From NCBI GenBank assembly GCA_963839155.1, contig CAWITY010000003.1, positions 138,184 through 202,183 of the forward strand: 64,000 nucleotides of DNA, written 5' to 3'. A model generated the notes under the pieces. That model was not told the origin of the DNA. It saw nothing but the letters and a program-made list of their open reading frames with translations, and ran no database searches. Below, one piece after another: positions 38,068-46,830 of this stretch; the stretch's first letter is position 1; every line of letters begins with the position of its first letter. The position numbers were made by a program, and so were the translations under genes. The DNA comes from an uncultured Acidobacteriaceae bacterium (GTDB lineage: Bacteria; Acidobacteriota; Terriglobia; Terriglobales; Acidobacteriaceae).

Positions 38068-38777
38068 AGCGAACCCGCCTTTCTGGATGCCTCGCAAAGC
38101 GCGGTGGCAATATAAGCATCGGTATCGAGAGCGGCGACCAGACGCGCGGCCTTGCGCGCCATGGCGAGCGCCTCGAACCGGCGAAGGAATTCGGTCTCCG
38201 CAGTGTGCTCGTTCAGCGGGAAGATCGTTTCGGGTAGAACCTCTGCGCCTGGCCGCGAAGTCGAGTCGGTCATCAGGTCGCGCTTTTCGGTCGAGCAGAG
38301 AATTTCATCCGCAACCTTGACGAGCGGCGGCTCGATGGGACTGAGATCGAACCGGATGATTACCTCGGCCATTACCATCCGCTCGACGGCCCGGTAGAGT
38401 TCGCCGAATCCAGGCGCGTGTTTCACCGGCCTGGGAATGTCTTTGAGGTAGGCTTCTGAGGCATCGTGCAATAGTCCCCAGAAAGCCATCTCGCGGGCCG
38501 TGTGGATGCGAAGGGCTTGTGCGTCGGGTCCAACGAAGGGAAGGCGGAGAGCCTTCGATTCGGCCACCTTGCTCACGCGCAGGCTGTGATCGGCAACAGA
38601 ATAGTGACAGTAAGTCGCGCCGCTGAATCTGCATTCGTTGGAAAGGTGGTGGGCAATGTCTTCGATGAAAATCTCATCCGCGTGAGGGTCGAGTGGCCAG
38701 AATTTGCGGCCCGTGAATGTGCGGATGAAGTTATCCTCGGTGCGCTTTACGCGGGGTGTTTCGGAAACCATCAGCAT
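38064..38777 (-). CDS. HD-domain phosphohydrolase (YfbR-like)
   Basis: IEDIAHHLS..CRF.G, YSVADHS, LLHDASEAY..DI. Confidence 0.9.
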   Translation of the reverse strand: MLMVSETPRVKRTEDNFIRTFTGRKFWPLDPHADEIFIEDIAHHLSNECRFSGATYCHYSVADHSLRVSKVAESKALRLPFVGPDAQALRIHTAREMAFWGLLHDASEAYLKDIPRPVKHAPGFGELYRAVERMVMAEVIIRFDLSPIEPPLVKVADEILCSTEKRDLMTDSTSRPGAEVLPETIFPLNEHTAETEFLRRFEALAMARKAARLVAALDTDAYIATALCEASRKAGSL

Positions 38778-39313
38778 GAGACGGCCTCCGGCTTGGGATC
38801 GGATTCGAGGAGCGGGCTGTTCTTGCGGCGGATGATGGTCTGTGCGAACCGCTCAAGGTCGCGCTTGTAACAGCCGTGGCGCGCGACGATCTCTTCAAAC
38901 TCTTCAATGTCATGGCCGCGAGTGCGCCAGACGGGGCGGCCCTTTGTGTCGATGCTCGGTTCGCCGTCGCCATCGCAGGCCCGCGCCGCATGGCACATCT
39001 CGTGATCGAGAAGCGCCCGCTTCTGAGCCGTGGTGAACTCCGGGTCCTCCCACACTTCCTTGTTGAGGACAATCACGAAGTCGTAATCGACAAGCTCTCT
39101 CTGCAAGTCCGTGGCGCGCATCAGAAAGCCGAGAACGATATGACCGTCGCAGTTTGCTTTGGAGCCTTTCTTCCACGCCAGGGCGATGCGGGCTTTGGCG
39201 GTGTCGAAGTGATTCTCGGCCCGAACCTCGGCAAGCAACTCATGAGGCCGGTCGATGATTGAAACATCGTCAGGAAGAATCAATTGGAAGGCGATCTTCT
39301 TTGGCTTACCCAT
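38771..39313 (-). CDS. Putative phage metallopeptidase
   Basis: ALLDHEMCH (HExxH), HDIEEF..IV.RHG. Confidence 0.85.
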   Translation of the reverse strand: MGKPKKIAFQLILPDDVSIIDRPHELLAEVRAENHFDTAKARIALAWKKGSKANCDGHIVLGFLMRATDLQRELVDYDFVIVLNKEVWEDPEFTTAQKRALLDHEMCHAARACDGDGEPSIDTKGRPVWRTRGHDIEEFEEIVARHGCYKRDLERFAQTIIRRKNSPLLESDPKPEAVSC

Positions 39314-39702
39314 TACGCGGCCTCCGCTTCCAACTTCACAGCGCGATAGAGAAACAGGCCACTTGTCGGAGCCGTGCGGGTGCGCTCGATCTTCCAGCCC
39401 ACCCGGCGCATATCGCGCAGACGGGCGCTGATCGAGGCTTCGCCGTAGTGAGTGCCGGGATAGAGCTTGCGGAGATCGGCGATGATCTTGGGGAGTGTGC
39501 GCCATTGCCCATCGGCCATCAGGGCATCTACGCGCTTTTGCTGGGAGGTAAGCCGTTCGCCGTCGTGTTCCGGCTCGAAGGTCTCACCGAAGATCGCCGG
39601 CGCGAAGCGATCCAACCCGCCGAGCAGATCGGCCTGCAGCGGGTTGCGCCCCAGCGCGGCATGGCCGGAAGTGTTGCGCATGTGTGCCCGGACGGTGGTC
39701 AT
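39313..39702 (-). CDS. Winged-helix-like phage protein
   Basis: LMADGQWRTL..I...EASISARLRD.R. Confidence 0.7.
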   Translation of the reverse strand: MTTVRAHMRNTSGHAALGRNPLQADLLGGLDRFAPAIFGETFEPEHDGERLTSQQKRVDALMADGQWRTLPKIIADLRKLYPGTHYGEASISARLRDMRRVGWKIERTRTAPTSGLFLYRAVKLEAEAA

Positions 39703-39920
39703 GCTTGCACCGCCAGAGCGTAACTCCGCTTCACTTCGCGGAAGGCCCGTTTGCCCATTGGCCGCGCTTCGCAGTCTTTGGCCGCTTCTAAAAGGCAGGC
39801 GCTAAGAGCGCGCATCTGCGCAGGCGTCATCTCAGCATCCATGCCGGGCATGTTGTGGACTACCGCAAGCGGTTCAGACTTGAAAGTGTGAGTGAGGGTG
39901 ACGCTGAGTTCGGCGGTCAT
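39699..39920 (-). CDS. Hypothetical phage protein
   Basis: ATGA overlaps on both sides. Confidence 0.6.
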   Translation of the reverse strand: MTAELSVTLTHTFKSEPLAVVHNMPGMDAEMTPAQMRALSACLLEAAKDCEARPMGKRAFREVKRSYALAVQA

Positions 39921-40324
39921 CCCCGCACCGCCTCTGCGCCGATTGCTTCGCCGGCTTCCATGGCGGCCCATTGACGGTCATTCTCGGCGCGCAGGGCGTT
40001 GGCGGCGTCGATAGCGGAGATTTGCTGGACGGTTCCGGGGCAAGCCGCCTTTTTCCAGCGTCCGATGAAGATCGGGGCATCGGTGACGCCGCCCAGGTAC
40101 ATCTCGGTATTGAAGATGTAGAGGCGGGTGGCGCCGCAATCCAGGCAGGTTTGGTGATCGTCGAAGGGGAGAGTGATGTGCAGGTGGGAACATCCGAAGG
40201 TTACTTCGGCGACCCAGGCCGCAAGTTTTTTAAGCCGCCAGGCCAGCTTTTGGCTGTAAGATGGCGTCCAGTTGAGGGCGTAGCGATAAGCGGGCGTTCC
40301 AACGGAGGGAATTGCAATGAGCAT
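39917..40324 (-). CDS. First early-operon protein, Zn-ribbon-like
   Basis: FGCSH...CLDCGA; AAGGAG SD. Confidence 0.7.
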   Translation of the reverse strand: MLIAIPSVGTPAYRYALNWTPSYSQKLAWRLKKLAAWVAEVTFGCSHLHITLPFDDHQTCLDCGATRLYIFNTEMYLGGVTDAPIFIGRWKKAACPGTVQQISAIDAANALRAENDRQWAAMEAGEAIGAEAVRG

Positions 40325-40361
40325 CGGTTATCTCCTTAAGAATCAGGAAATAACCTGTAAG

Positions 40362-40438
40362 TGGTGGGCGGTCAGGGACTCGAACCCCGGACATCCTGCT
40401 TGTAAGGCAGGCGCTCTAACCAACTGAGCTAACCGCCC
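40362..40438 (-). tRNA. tRNA-Val(TAC), CCA encoded; probable attachment site
   Basis: GGGCGGTTAGCTCAGTTGGTTAGAGCGCCTGCCTTACAAGCAGGATGTCCGGGGTTCGAGTCCCTGACCGCCCACCA. Confidence 0.98.
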
Positions 40439-40531
40439 ACGCCTGGCGTGAGGACCATTGCGGCCTTCTGTCATCATACCAGTGCTCCGGCGCCGCAGCG
40501 TGCCCGCATCTTGAGTTGATAAACTCGCTCT

Positions 40532-41428
40532 GTGGGCCGACTGATTGTCAACGCCGATGACTTCGGGCTGACCGCCGGAGTCAACCGCGCCATTGCGGAA
40601 TTGCACCAGGCCGGTCTGGTAACCAGCGCCACCCTGATGGCGCGCGCCGCTGCGACTGAAGAGGCCATCGAGATGGCACGCGCCACCCCCTCGCTGAGCG
40701 TGGGCTGCCACGTAGTTCTGGTGGACGGCGAATCTGTGCTCTCGGTGCGCCACGGCAATTCGCACCTGCGCGGCCCTGTAGATGGCCGCTTTCATGCTTC
40801 GCTGCTCGCGTTTCTTGCCAGAGTGCATGAGGATCACCTTCACCGCTGGCCTGGCCGCCGGGGCGCCGGAAAGGAGATCGAAGCCGAAACGGCGGCCCAA
40901 ATCGCCCTGCTGCAGAGCGGCGGCTTGCACCTCACGCACATCGATACGCACAAGCACGTGCACATGTTTCCCACCATATTGCGCGCCGTGCTCCGCGCCG
41001 CCAAGGCAGCGGGAATTCGCGCGGTACGCAACCCCTTCGAACCGGCATGGAGCGTGCGCGCCACCCCCAGCGCACCCCTGCTGCGGCGCGTGCAGGTCAG
41101 CCTGTTGCGGCGGCTCGAACCCACTTTCCTTCGAGTGGTTGCGGAAGAGGGCTTTACCACCACGGCAGGCGCCCTTGGCGTGCTGGCTACCGGCAGGCTC
41201 GACGCTGAATCCGTCGCTTCCCTGCTCGCCGCGTTGCCAGAAGGGACCTACGAACTGGTGACGCATCCCGGCTATAACGACGCCGACCTGGCTCAGGCCC
41301 ACACTCACCTGCTGGTCTCACGCGAGGCCGAGCAGGAGGCTTTGCGCATCCTCAGGGAATTCCCGGCCATCGAACCGGTCTCCTTTGCAGACCTCGACCC
41401 AGGTGCCGTGCCGGCACAGCGCTGTTAA
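40532..41428 (+). CDS. ChbG/YdjC/HpnK family deacetylase
   Basis: LIVNADDFGL, VGCH, HIDTHKHVH, ELVTHPG. Confidence 0.92.
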   Translation: MGRLIVNADDFGLTAGVNRAIAELHQAGLVTSATLMARAAATEEAIEMARATPSLSVGCHVVLVDGESVLSVRHGNSHLRGPVDGRFHASLLAFLARVHEDHLHRWPGRRGAGKEIEAETAAQIALLQSGGLHLTHIDTHKHVHMFPTILRAVLRAAKAAGIRAVRNPFEPAWSVRATPSAPLLRRVQVSLLRRLEPTFLRVVAEEGFTTTAGALGVLATGRLDAESVASLLAALPEGTYELVTHPGYNDADLAQAHTHLLVSREAEQEALRILREFPAIEPVSFADLDPGAVPAQRC

Positions 41429-42252
41429 TATCCCTGCTGGGCCGCGTTCTGGGCAGAGGCGGAGAGGCCGCTCAGCGCTGCAAGAAAGGCCAGCGATATC
41501 CACGCCAGGCGCTTGTTCATTCGCTTCAGCCTTTCTCTAGCCTCAACCACGTTCTTCTCCTGTCTTGCTCAACTGCCATGCTGTTCCACTCACCGTCGCC
41601 CGCATTTCGATACCGAGATGCTGGGCGCCGGTGGACCCCCTCAGCTTGCGGTGCACGCCCGCTTATTGGCACTGTACTGTGAACGCCACAATGTTGTTAG
41701 CATTGAGGGCGTTGGGGATTCGAGTGCGAAATCGATCAGGTCGCCGGCCTTTACCGCATACGTACCGCTGCTTGTGCAACTGCTCTGGCTCGAGGTGGTG
41801 CTGCAGGCCGGCACGGCTACGCCGTTATCGCGGAGTTCAAAGAAGCCTGTGCCATTCACTCCCGCCAAGCTGGAGAGGTTAAATCGCTTTACGGTGAGGT
41901 TGCCGGCCGTGCAAGCGATGGGAATGGGAATTACCGCGAAACCCTCGCCCGCGCCTTGGTCGGAATTGCCGCAACACGCACACGGGGGAATAAAGATCGG
42001 GATGGAATATCCATGAGACGTGGCGCAAGAGGGACTTTGTTCCTTGCACACTGTGAGGTGGTGGTAACCTCGATTTGAACGCCCTTCTCACGGCGCCTAC
42101 AGATTTTGGAAGGGCCACAACTTTTGAAATGCTCCCAATGAATGGCCGGTTGGCCGTTAATTGCCCGTTTTCGCACAACTTCCTTTCTAGCAAAAAGCTG
42201 CCGCTTGGCAAAGTTTTGCTTTTTTTCACTTTCAGCGGAATGAGAAGGCTCC

Positions 42253-43395
42253 ATGCGCATCGGCATCACGTGTTATCCCACCTACGGCGGCTCGGGAGTA
42301 GTGGCCACCGAACTGGGCATCGAGCTTGCGGCGCTCGGCCATGAGGTCCACTTCATCTCCTACTCCCAGCCTTTCCGGCTGAGCGGGCGCGACGAAGGCA
42401 TCCACTATCACGATGTGCCGGTCTCCAGCTATCCCCTCTTCGAGTTCCCGCCCTACGACCTGGCGCTGGCCTCGCGCATGGCCGAGGTAGCCGAGTTCTG
42501 CGACCTCGACTTGCTGCATGTTCACTACGCCATTCCCCACTCCGTGAGCGCTCTGCTAGCCCGCCAAATGCTGGCGGTGAAAGGGCGGCGACTCCCCTTT
42601 GTCACCACCTTGCACGGCACAGACATCACCCTCGTTGGCCTCGACCGCAGCTACCTGCCCATCACTCAATACGCCATCCAGGAAAGCGATGGAGTGACCA
42701 GCATCTCAGACTATCTAAAGGATGAGACCATCAAACACTTCGATGTGACGCGCGGCATTGAAGTGATCACTAACTTCGTCAATTGCAATGTCTATGCCCC
42801 CTTCGAGGACCTGGCCGTTCGCGCACTGGCGCGGGCGCGGCTGGCCAGGCCAGACGAAGCAATCCTCATGCATCTCTCCAATTTCAGGCCGGTCAAGCGC
42901 GTGGTGGACGTCGTCAGGGTGTTTGCGCAGGTAGCGCGTGAAATGCCCGCACAACTTGTCCTGGTGGGCGATGGGCCAGACCGCTCCGCCGCGGAATGGC
43001 TGGCCCACGACCTGCAAATCCATCACAAAATTCACTTCATGGGCAAGCAGGAGCGGGTCAACGAGTTGCTCCCTCTGGCCGACCTCATGCTCATGCCCAG
43101 CGAGCTCGAATCCTTCGGGCTGGCCGCATTGGAGGCCATGGCATGCAAGGTTCCCTCCATCGCCACCCGCGTGGGCGGTGTGCCGGAACTGATCGAAGAC
43201 GGCGTCACCGGGCTCCTCTATGGCGTCGGAGAAGTGGATGAGATGGCCGCCGGAGCCCTGAGCCTGCTCAAGCACCGCGCGCGCCTTGAAGCCATGCGCG
43301 AGGCAGGTCGCAAAACCGCGCAAAAGAGATTCTGCTCCTCGCTGGTCGTGCCGCACTATGTGCGCTATTACGAAGAAGTGCTTCAAGGTCAGTAG
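42253..43395 (+). CDS. bshA: N-acetyl-alpha-D-glucosaminyl L-malate synthase (GT4)
   Basis: [52 protein letters not shown]. Confidence 0.95.
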   Translation: MRIGITCYPTYGGSGVVATELGIELAALGHEVHFISYSQPFRLSGRDEGIHYHDVPVSSYPLFEFPPYDLALASRMAEVAEFCDLDLLHVHYAIPHSVSALLARQMLAVKGRRLPFVTTLHGTDITLVGLDRSYLPITQYAIQESDGVTSISDYLKDETIKHFDVTRGIEVITNFVNCNVYAPFEDLAVRALARARLARPDEAILMHLSNFRPVKRVVDVVRVFAQVAREMPAQLVLVGDGPDRSAAEWLAHDLQIHHKIHFMGKQERVNELLPLADLMLMPSELESFGLAALEAMACKVPSIATRVGGVPELIEDGVTGLLYGVGEVDEMAAGALSLLKHRARLEAMREAGRKTAQKRFCSSLVVPHYVRYYEEVLQGQ

Positions 43396-43420
43396 TCAGG
43401 GATCAGCGATCAAGGAATAG
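43388..43420 (+). repeat. Degenerate heptamer tandem repeat
   Basis: GTCAGTA GTCAGGG ATCAGCG ATCAAGG. Confidence 0.4.
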
Positions 43421-43504
43421 GAAAGATCTGTACGCCTCACACATGCCGCGCGCTTTGCGGCAAGAGTGGGAGAGCACAAACCGCAATCATCCCAGCGTTC
43501 TGGC

Positions 43505-44155
43505 CTATTCGGCCCGTCCCAACTCAAATCGGGGACTGAATCCCAACCGCTCCCAGAACATCCTCACCAGGGCGACACTCTCCGGAGCGGTCTGCGCCGT
43601 CGTGCGCAATAGGATCTCGGCCACGGCGTTGGCGCACAGGCTGCTGGCTTCCGCGGCAATCGCAATGCATTTCTCCGGCCGGTACGTGCAGTTCGCCAGG
43701 TCAACGATGGAGAGCCGTGTCGTGGGCGTCGCAAAAACCGTGCGCGGCGGAGCCATGCGATCCAGCAGCCAGAGGATCTCCAGTTTCGACTCCAGTTCGT
43801 CGGGCACGCAGTCGATTACCAGATCCGCCTCGCGCACCGCGTCCTCGATGGTGGAGACGAAGGCCACGGGCGAGTTGACCGGGAACCATCCCCCAGGGGC
43901 CCAAGCCCTGGCCGGCTCTGGCTCTTCAACAGCACGGCTGAAGCCATGCCGTTTCAAAACCGTGTCAGGCGAGTCCTGGCTCGCCGGGCCAAGCTGCTGG
44001 CGCAAGTACTCCTGCGCGTGGCGCAGGTTGAGGGGCATCACGTCTTCAAGCAGCACACTGAAGCCGGCGCGGGCGGCGAAAAGGGCCAGCCAGCGGCCCA
44101 GCGGGCCGGCTCCGATAATGGCGACAGTGGTTTGCAAGACGGGCTTATTGCGCAA
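43505..44155 (-). CDS. 3-hydroxyacyl-CoA dehydrogenase NAD-binding-domain protein with an in-frame insert
   Basis: VAIIGAGPLGR, ADLVID.VPDELE.K; extra segment around VLKRHGFSRA. Confidence 0.8.
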   Translation of the reverse strand: MRNKPVLQTTVAIIGAGPLGRWLALFAARAGFSVLLEDVMPLNLRHAQEYLRQQLGPASQDSPDTVLKRHGFSRAVEEPEPARAWAPGGWFPVNSPVAFVSTIEDAVREADLVIDCVPDELESKLEILWLLDRMAPPRTVFATPTTRLSIVDLANCTYRPEKCIAIAAEASSLCANAVAEILLRTTAQTAPESVALVRMFWERLGFSPRFELGRAE

Positions 44156-44327
44156 TCAGCGCGCGGTGAACATCCTCGGCGCTGGGCGTGGCCTTTTCCA
44201 GGTGCTCGGCCACGCGGGCGCGCTCCTCGGCAGAGAGGGTGGGAACGGTAGCCAGCACCCGGCGCAGGGTCACGGCAACGTCGTCAATGTAGTTCATCAG
44301 GCGAATGGCTTCTCCGGAGAGCGGCAT
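44145..44327 (-). CDS. Small hypothetical protein
   Basis: GAGG SD; overlaps the next gene. Confidence 0.65.
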   Translation of the reverse strand: MPLSGEAIRLMNYIDDVAVTLRRVLATVPTLSAEERARVAEHLEKATPSAEDVHRALIAQ

Positions 44328-44472
44328 GGGTGTCCTCGTTTTGTGAAGTTCAGCTTCCTATTGTAGGCGGTGCGCAAGGGCATGGGAAAGGCGGGGCTGG
44401 TTCGTCCTTCATCCGCAAATCGGAGAACTCGATGCAATCATAGAATCGCCGCCCATAGCATCCCTTCAGGTT

Positions 44473-45117
44473 CTAAGGAACTGCGAGGTTCGCGGCAGAG
44501 CTCGCGAGGACGCAGAGGTCCTTGAATACCCGAGCCTCGAACGCCGAGTCTGCCCCAGAGGCATCTATAAGGATAGGCAGTTCTCTTCTAAGCGTCCTGT
44601 AAATCATTCTCATTTGCCCAACAGTTGGCTGTCGCTCTGAACGGACGAAAGCGCTACAGAGTTGGCCAAACAGGCCATCGACCTTGCCCTTGTGGATGTA
44701 CACTTCCGTGCCATCAAGATCGCTCAGTGATTTCTGCAGCCGGCGTGGATGCGATTCACATACAAACCAGACATGTGACGATCCTGAAATCTTCTCCCAT
44801 GCAACTGCGATGCCCAGCTCAAATGGCATATTGAACCGAGGCGTAGAAGGGGGTCGCCTGTCGAGTTCAACCCGCGACAGATCGTGAACAGAGTATTGGC
44901 AAGAGCTGACCAAGTCGAATATACGGTCAAGGCGCCGCCGCCCTCCTGGGATCTCGAGCGTTGCTCGTGGAACCAGTCCAAATGCGCTGATAGCAGCAAT
45001 GTACGCTAGATACAGGGACTCGAACCGCGAATCGTAAGGGATATTTAGAAAAACCGAATACGGGCTTCTGGGGTTTTCTTGCCGAATTTCAGGTCTCGTT
45101 CGTAGCTTAGGAGGCAT
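44473..45117 (-). CDS. NDT/TIR-like (Rossmannoid) protein
   Basis: VFLNIPYD..F, RI...V..C.Y.VHDLS, RFNMPFELG.A, SDLDG. Confidence 0.6.
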   Translation of the reverse strand: MPPKLRTRPEIRQENPRSPYSVFLNIPYDSRFESLYLAYIAAISAFGLVPRATLEIPGGRRRLDRIFDLVSSCQYSVHDLSRVELDRRPPSTPRFNMPFELGIAVAWEKISGSSHVWFVCESHPRRLQKSLSDLDGTEVYIHKGKVDGLFGQLCSAFVRSERQPTVGQMRMIYRTLRRELPILIDASGADSAFEARVFKDLCVLASSAANLAVP

Positions 45118-45661
45118 ACTTGTGAATCGGCAACTCGATCAGTTGGGATGTTGACTTCAGGTAGGGTCGGCCCTTGCGAGCGGTCATCACCTTTATACGT
45201 TCCAGCAGTTCCTGGGGCGAGCAATTTTTCTTGGCCAGTAGCGCGTCAGCTGCGTGAATCTCTCCGCCCATCCTCTTCGGATCGCCCAGCAGAATCATGG
45301 GCACGTGAGCGGCAATCTGCTTCAGGTGGTCCACCAACTGAAATCCACTCATCCGCGGCATCGCGACGTCCGCCAGCACCAGGTCTACTTCGGTTTCGCA
45401 AAATATGTCGATGGCTTCCTGGCCGCTGGTGGCCGAGACTACCCGGTATCCGTTGGTTGCCAACATGAACTTGAGTACAGAAAGCTCTTGTTCATTGTCA
45501 TCTACACAGAGAATCGTTCTCTTTGCTTTGGCAGATCTGTTCGACAACATCCGAGCCAGCTCCGTGGCGCGCCGCTTCGAAACCCCAAGGATGCCGGCGG
45601 TTTCTTGCGCAGTCAAGAACTTTCCCCGAATTTGAACCGGCTTTGCCACTGAGGATACCAC
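45107..45661 (-). CDS. Short HTH-like segment fused to a response-regulator receiver domain
   Basis: FLTAQETAGILGVS then ILCVDD, VLAD..MP, LLAK. Confidence 0.8.
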   Translation of the reverse strand: MVSSVAKPVQIRGKFLTAQETAGILGVSKRRATELARMLSNRSAKAKRTILCVDDNEQELSVLKFMLATNGYRVVSATSGQEAIDIFCETEVDLVLADVAMPRMSGFQLVDHLKQIAAHVPMILLGDPKRMGGEIHAADALLAKKNCSPQELLERIKVMTARKGRPYLKSTSQLIELPIHKYAS

Positions 45662-45885
45662 GCAGATTTTACTTGATTTCGCAAGATATCTGCAACATAC
45701 ACAAGGTGTGACATTGGGTCAGGATTCTAAAACTCAGGGTCAACTAAATTGTCGGCAAATCTTGAGTATCGAATGGCAAAAGCCCCACTCGGCGCCCATG
45801 GATAGGCGATTGGGGGAAAGTTGAAGGCGACGGCCGCCCCTGGTGAAAGCACTTACGAGGTAGGCCGCGTGGTTAAAATGTCTCC

Positions 45886-46338
45886 ATGACGAATTCACCG
45901 GAGTTTGTGGCGCATGGGTTTGTGCGGGCCATCAACCGGCAGGATGCGGATGCTTTGGCCGGGATGATGACCGAGGAGCACCGGTTTATCGACTCGCTGG
46001 GAAACGCCGTCGCGGGTCGCGAGGCGGTGCGCAACGCGTGGTTGGGGTATTTCCGCATGGTTCCCGACTACTCGATTGCCGTCGAGGAGACGCTCTGCGA
46101 TACCGCAGGTCCTTCGCCTCCGCTGCGCTCCGCTCAGGATGACAGTCCATTTTTGGGGGCGGGCCAAGTGGTGGTGCTGCTGGGCGTGGCGCAGGGCACC
46201 TATTCACCAGACGGAAAGCCGCGGCCAGAGAACCGCTGGGAGACTCCGGCGGCGCTGCGCGCGGTGGTGGAAGACGGCTTGGTGGCGGAGTGGCGCGTCT
46301 ATGCCGACAACGAGCCGATCCGGCGGCTTATGCGGTGA
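45886..46338 (+). CDS. SnoaL/NTF2-like protein with an in-frame repeat insert
   Basis: FV.AIN..D...L...M...H.FID.LG..V.GRE; TAAAAT 6 nt before the ATG. Confidence 0.85.
   Translation: MTNSPEFVAHGFVRAINRQDADALAGMMTEEHRFIDSLGNAVAGREAVRNAWLGYFRMVPDYSIAVEETLCDTAGPSPPLRSAQDDSPFLGAGQVVVLLGVAQGTYSPDGKPRPENRWETPAALRAVVEDGLVAEWRVYADNEPIRRLMR
46105..46144. repeat. REP-like element inside a CDS
   Basis: GCAGGTCCTTCG...GCTCAGGATGACA, same termini as 18090-18127. Confidence 0.85.
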
Positions 46339-46512
46339 GACTGCCGCACACGCAATCGAGCGGCCCATCCTCCCACAAGGAATGGACCGCCCGATTGCAT
46401 TCCGGAGACTTGCTTGTTGCCGGAAATCCTTTTGGTTGCTCCAGAGGAAAGGCCATCGTCCGCGCCGTCCAAGGTCTTCCCGTGAATCAGCAGGGTTCGC
46501 CGGGTTTCACCG

Positions 46513-46604
46513 CGCCCCTACGGGCGCTGAAATTCATCTTGGCTCTTGACCCAGGGCTGCGCTTCGCTTGCCCTGGGCTACTCTCGTTCCGCCCCTTCGG
46601 GCGG
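46513..46604. repeat. Composite palindromic repeat
   Basis: CGCCCCTACGGG...ACCCAGGGCTGCGCTTCGCTTGCCCTGGGCTACTCTC, homologous to 57295-57408. Confidence 0.75.
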
Positions 46605-46743
46605 ATTCGGCTCGACCTTCGGAGCGAATGTTTGTTCAGCCTTTTCATTTCGACCGTAACCCGCCGATAAAAGTCGGTCTGCGCAATACGACAGTGCATA
46701 TCAGGGCATTTTCACAGTTCTTGCACGGGCGATTTTGAGGTTT

Positions 46744-46795
46744 CCCACCCATTTCACATCTTTTCCTCGAAAAGCCGTGAAATGGATGGGGCACG
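46744..46795. repeat. REP-like hairpin
   Basis: CCCACCCATTTCAC...GTGAAATGGATGGGGCACG. Confidence 0.65.
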
Positions 46796-46830
46796 CAGCT
46801 TCGTTAAGCCATCAGTGAAAATGCTCTAGG

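Larger units (their letters stand above)
1..40361. mobile_element. Lambdoid siphovirus prophage, right end at tRNA-Val 3' end; left end outside the window
   Basis: Contiguous terminase, portal, capsid, tail, lysis and early modules, nearly all on the minus strand; host housekeeping genes begin right after the tRNA. Confidence 0.95.

Noticed and set aside
736-38777. 2-aminoadenine (Z) genome pathway
   Set aside because: No PurZ or phage DNA polymerase in the window; HD and DUF5664-like genes alone are not diagnostic.
40343-41308. 321-aa minus-strand ORF running through the tRNA
   Set aside because: Shadow of the deacetylase gene and overlaps a canonical tRNA.
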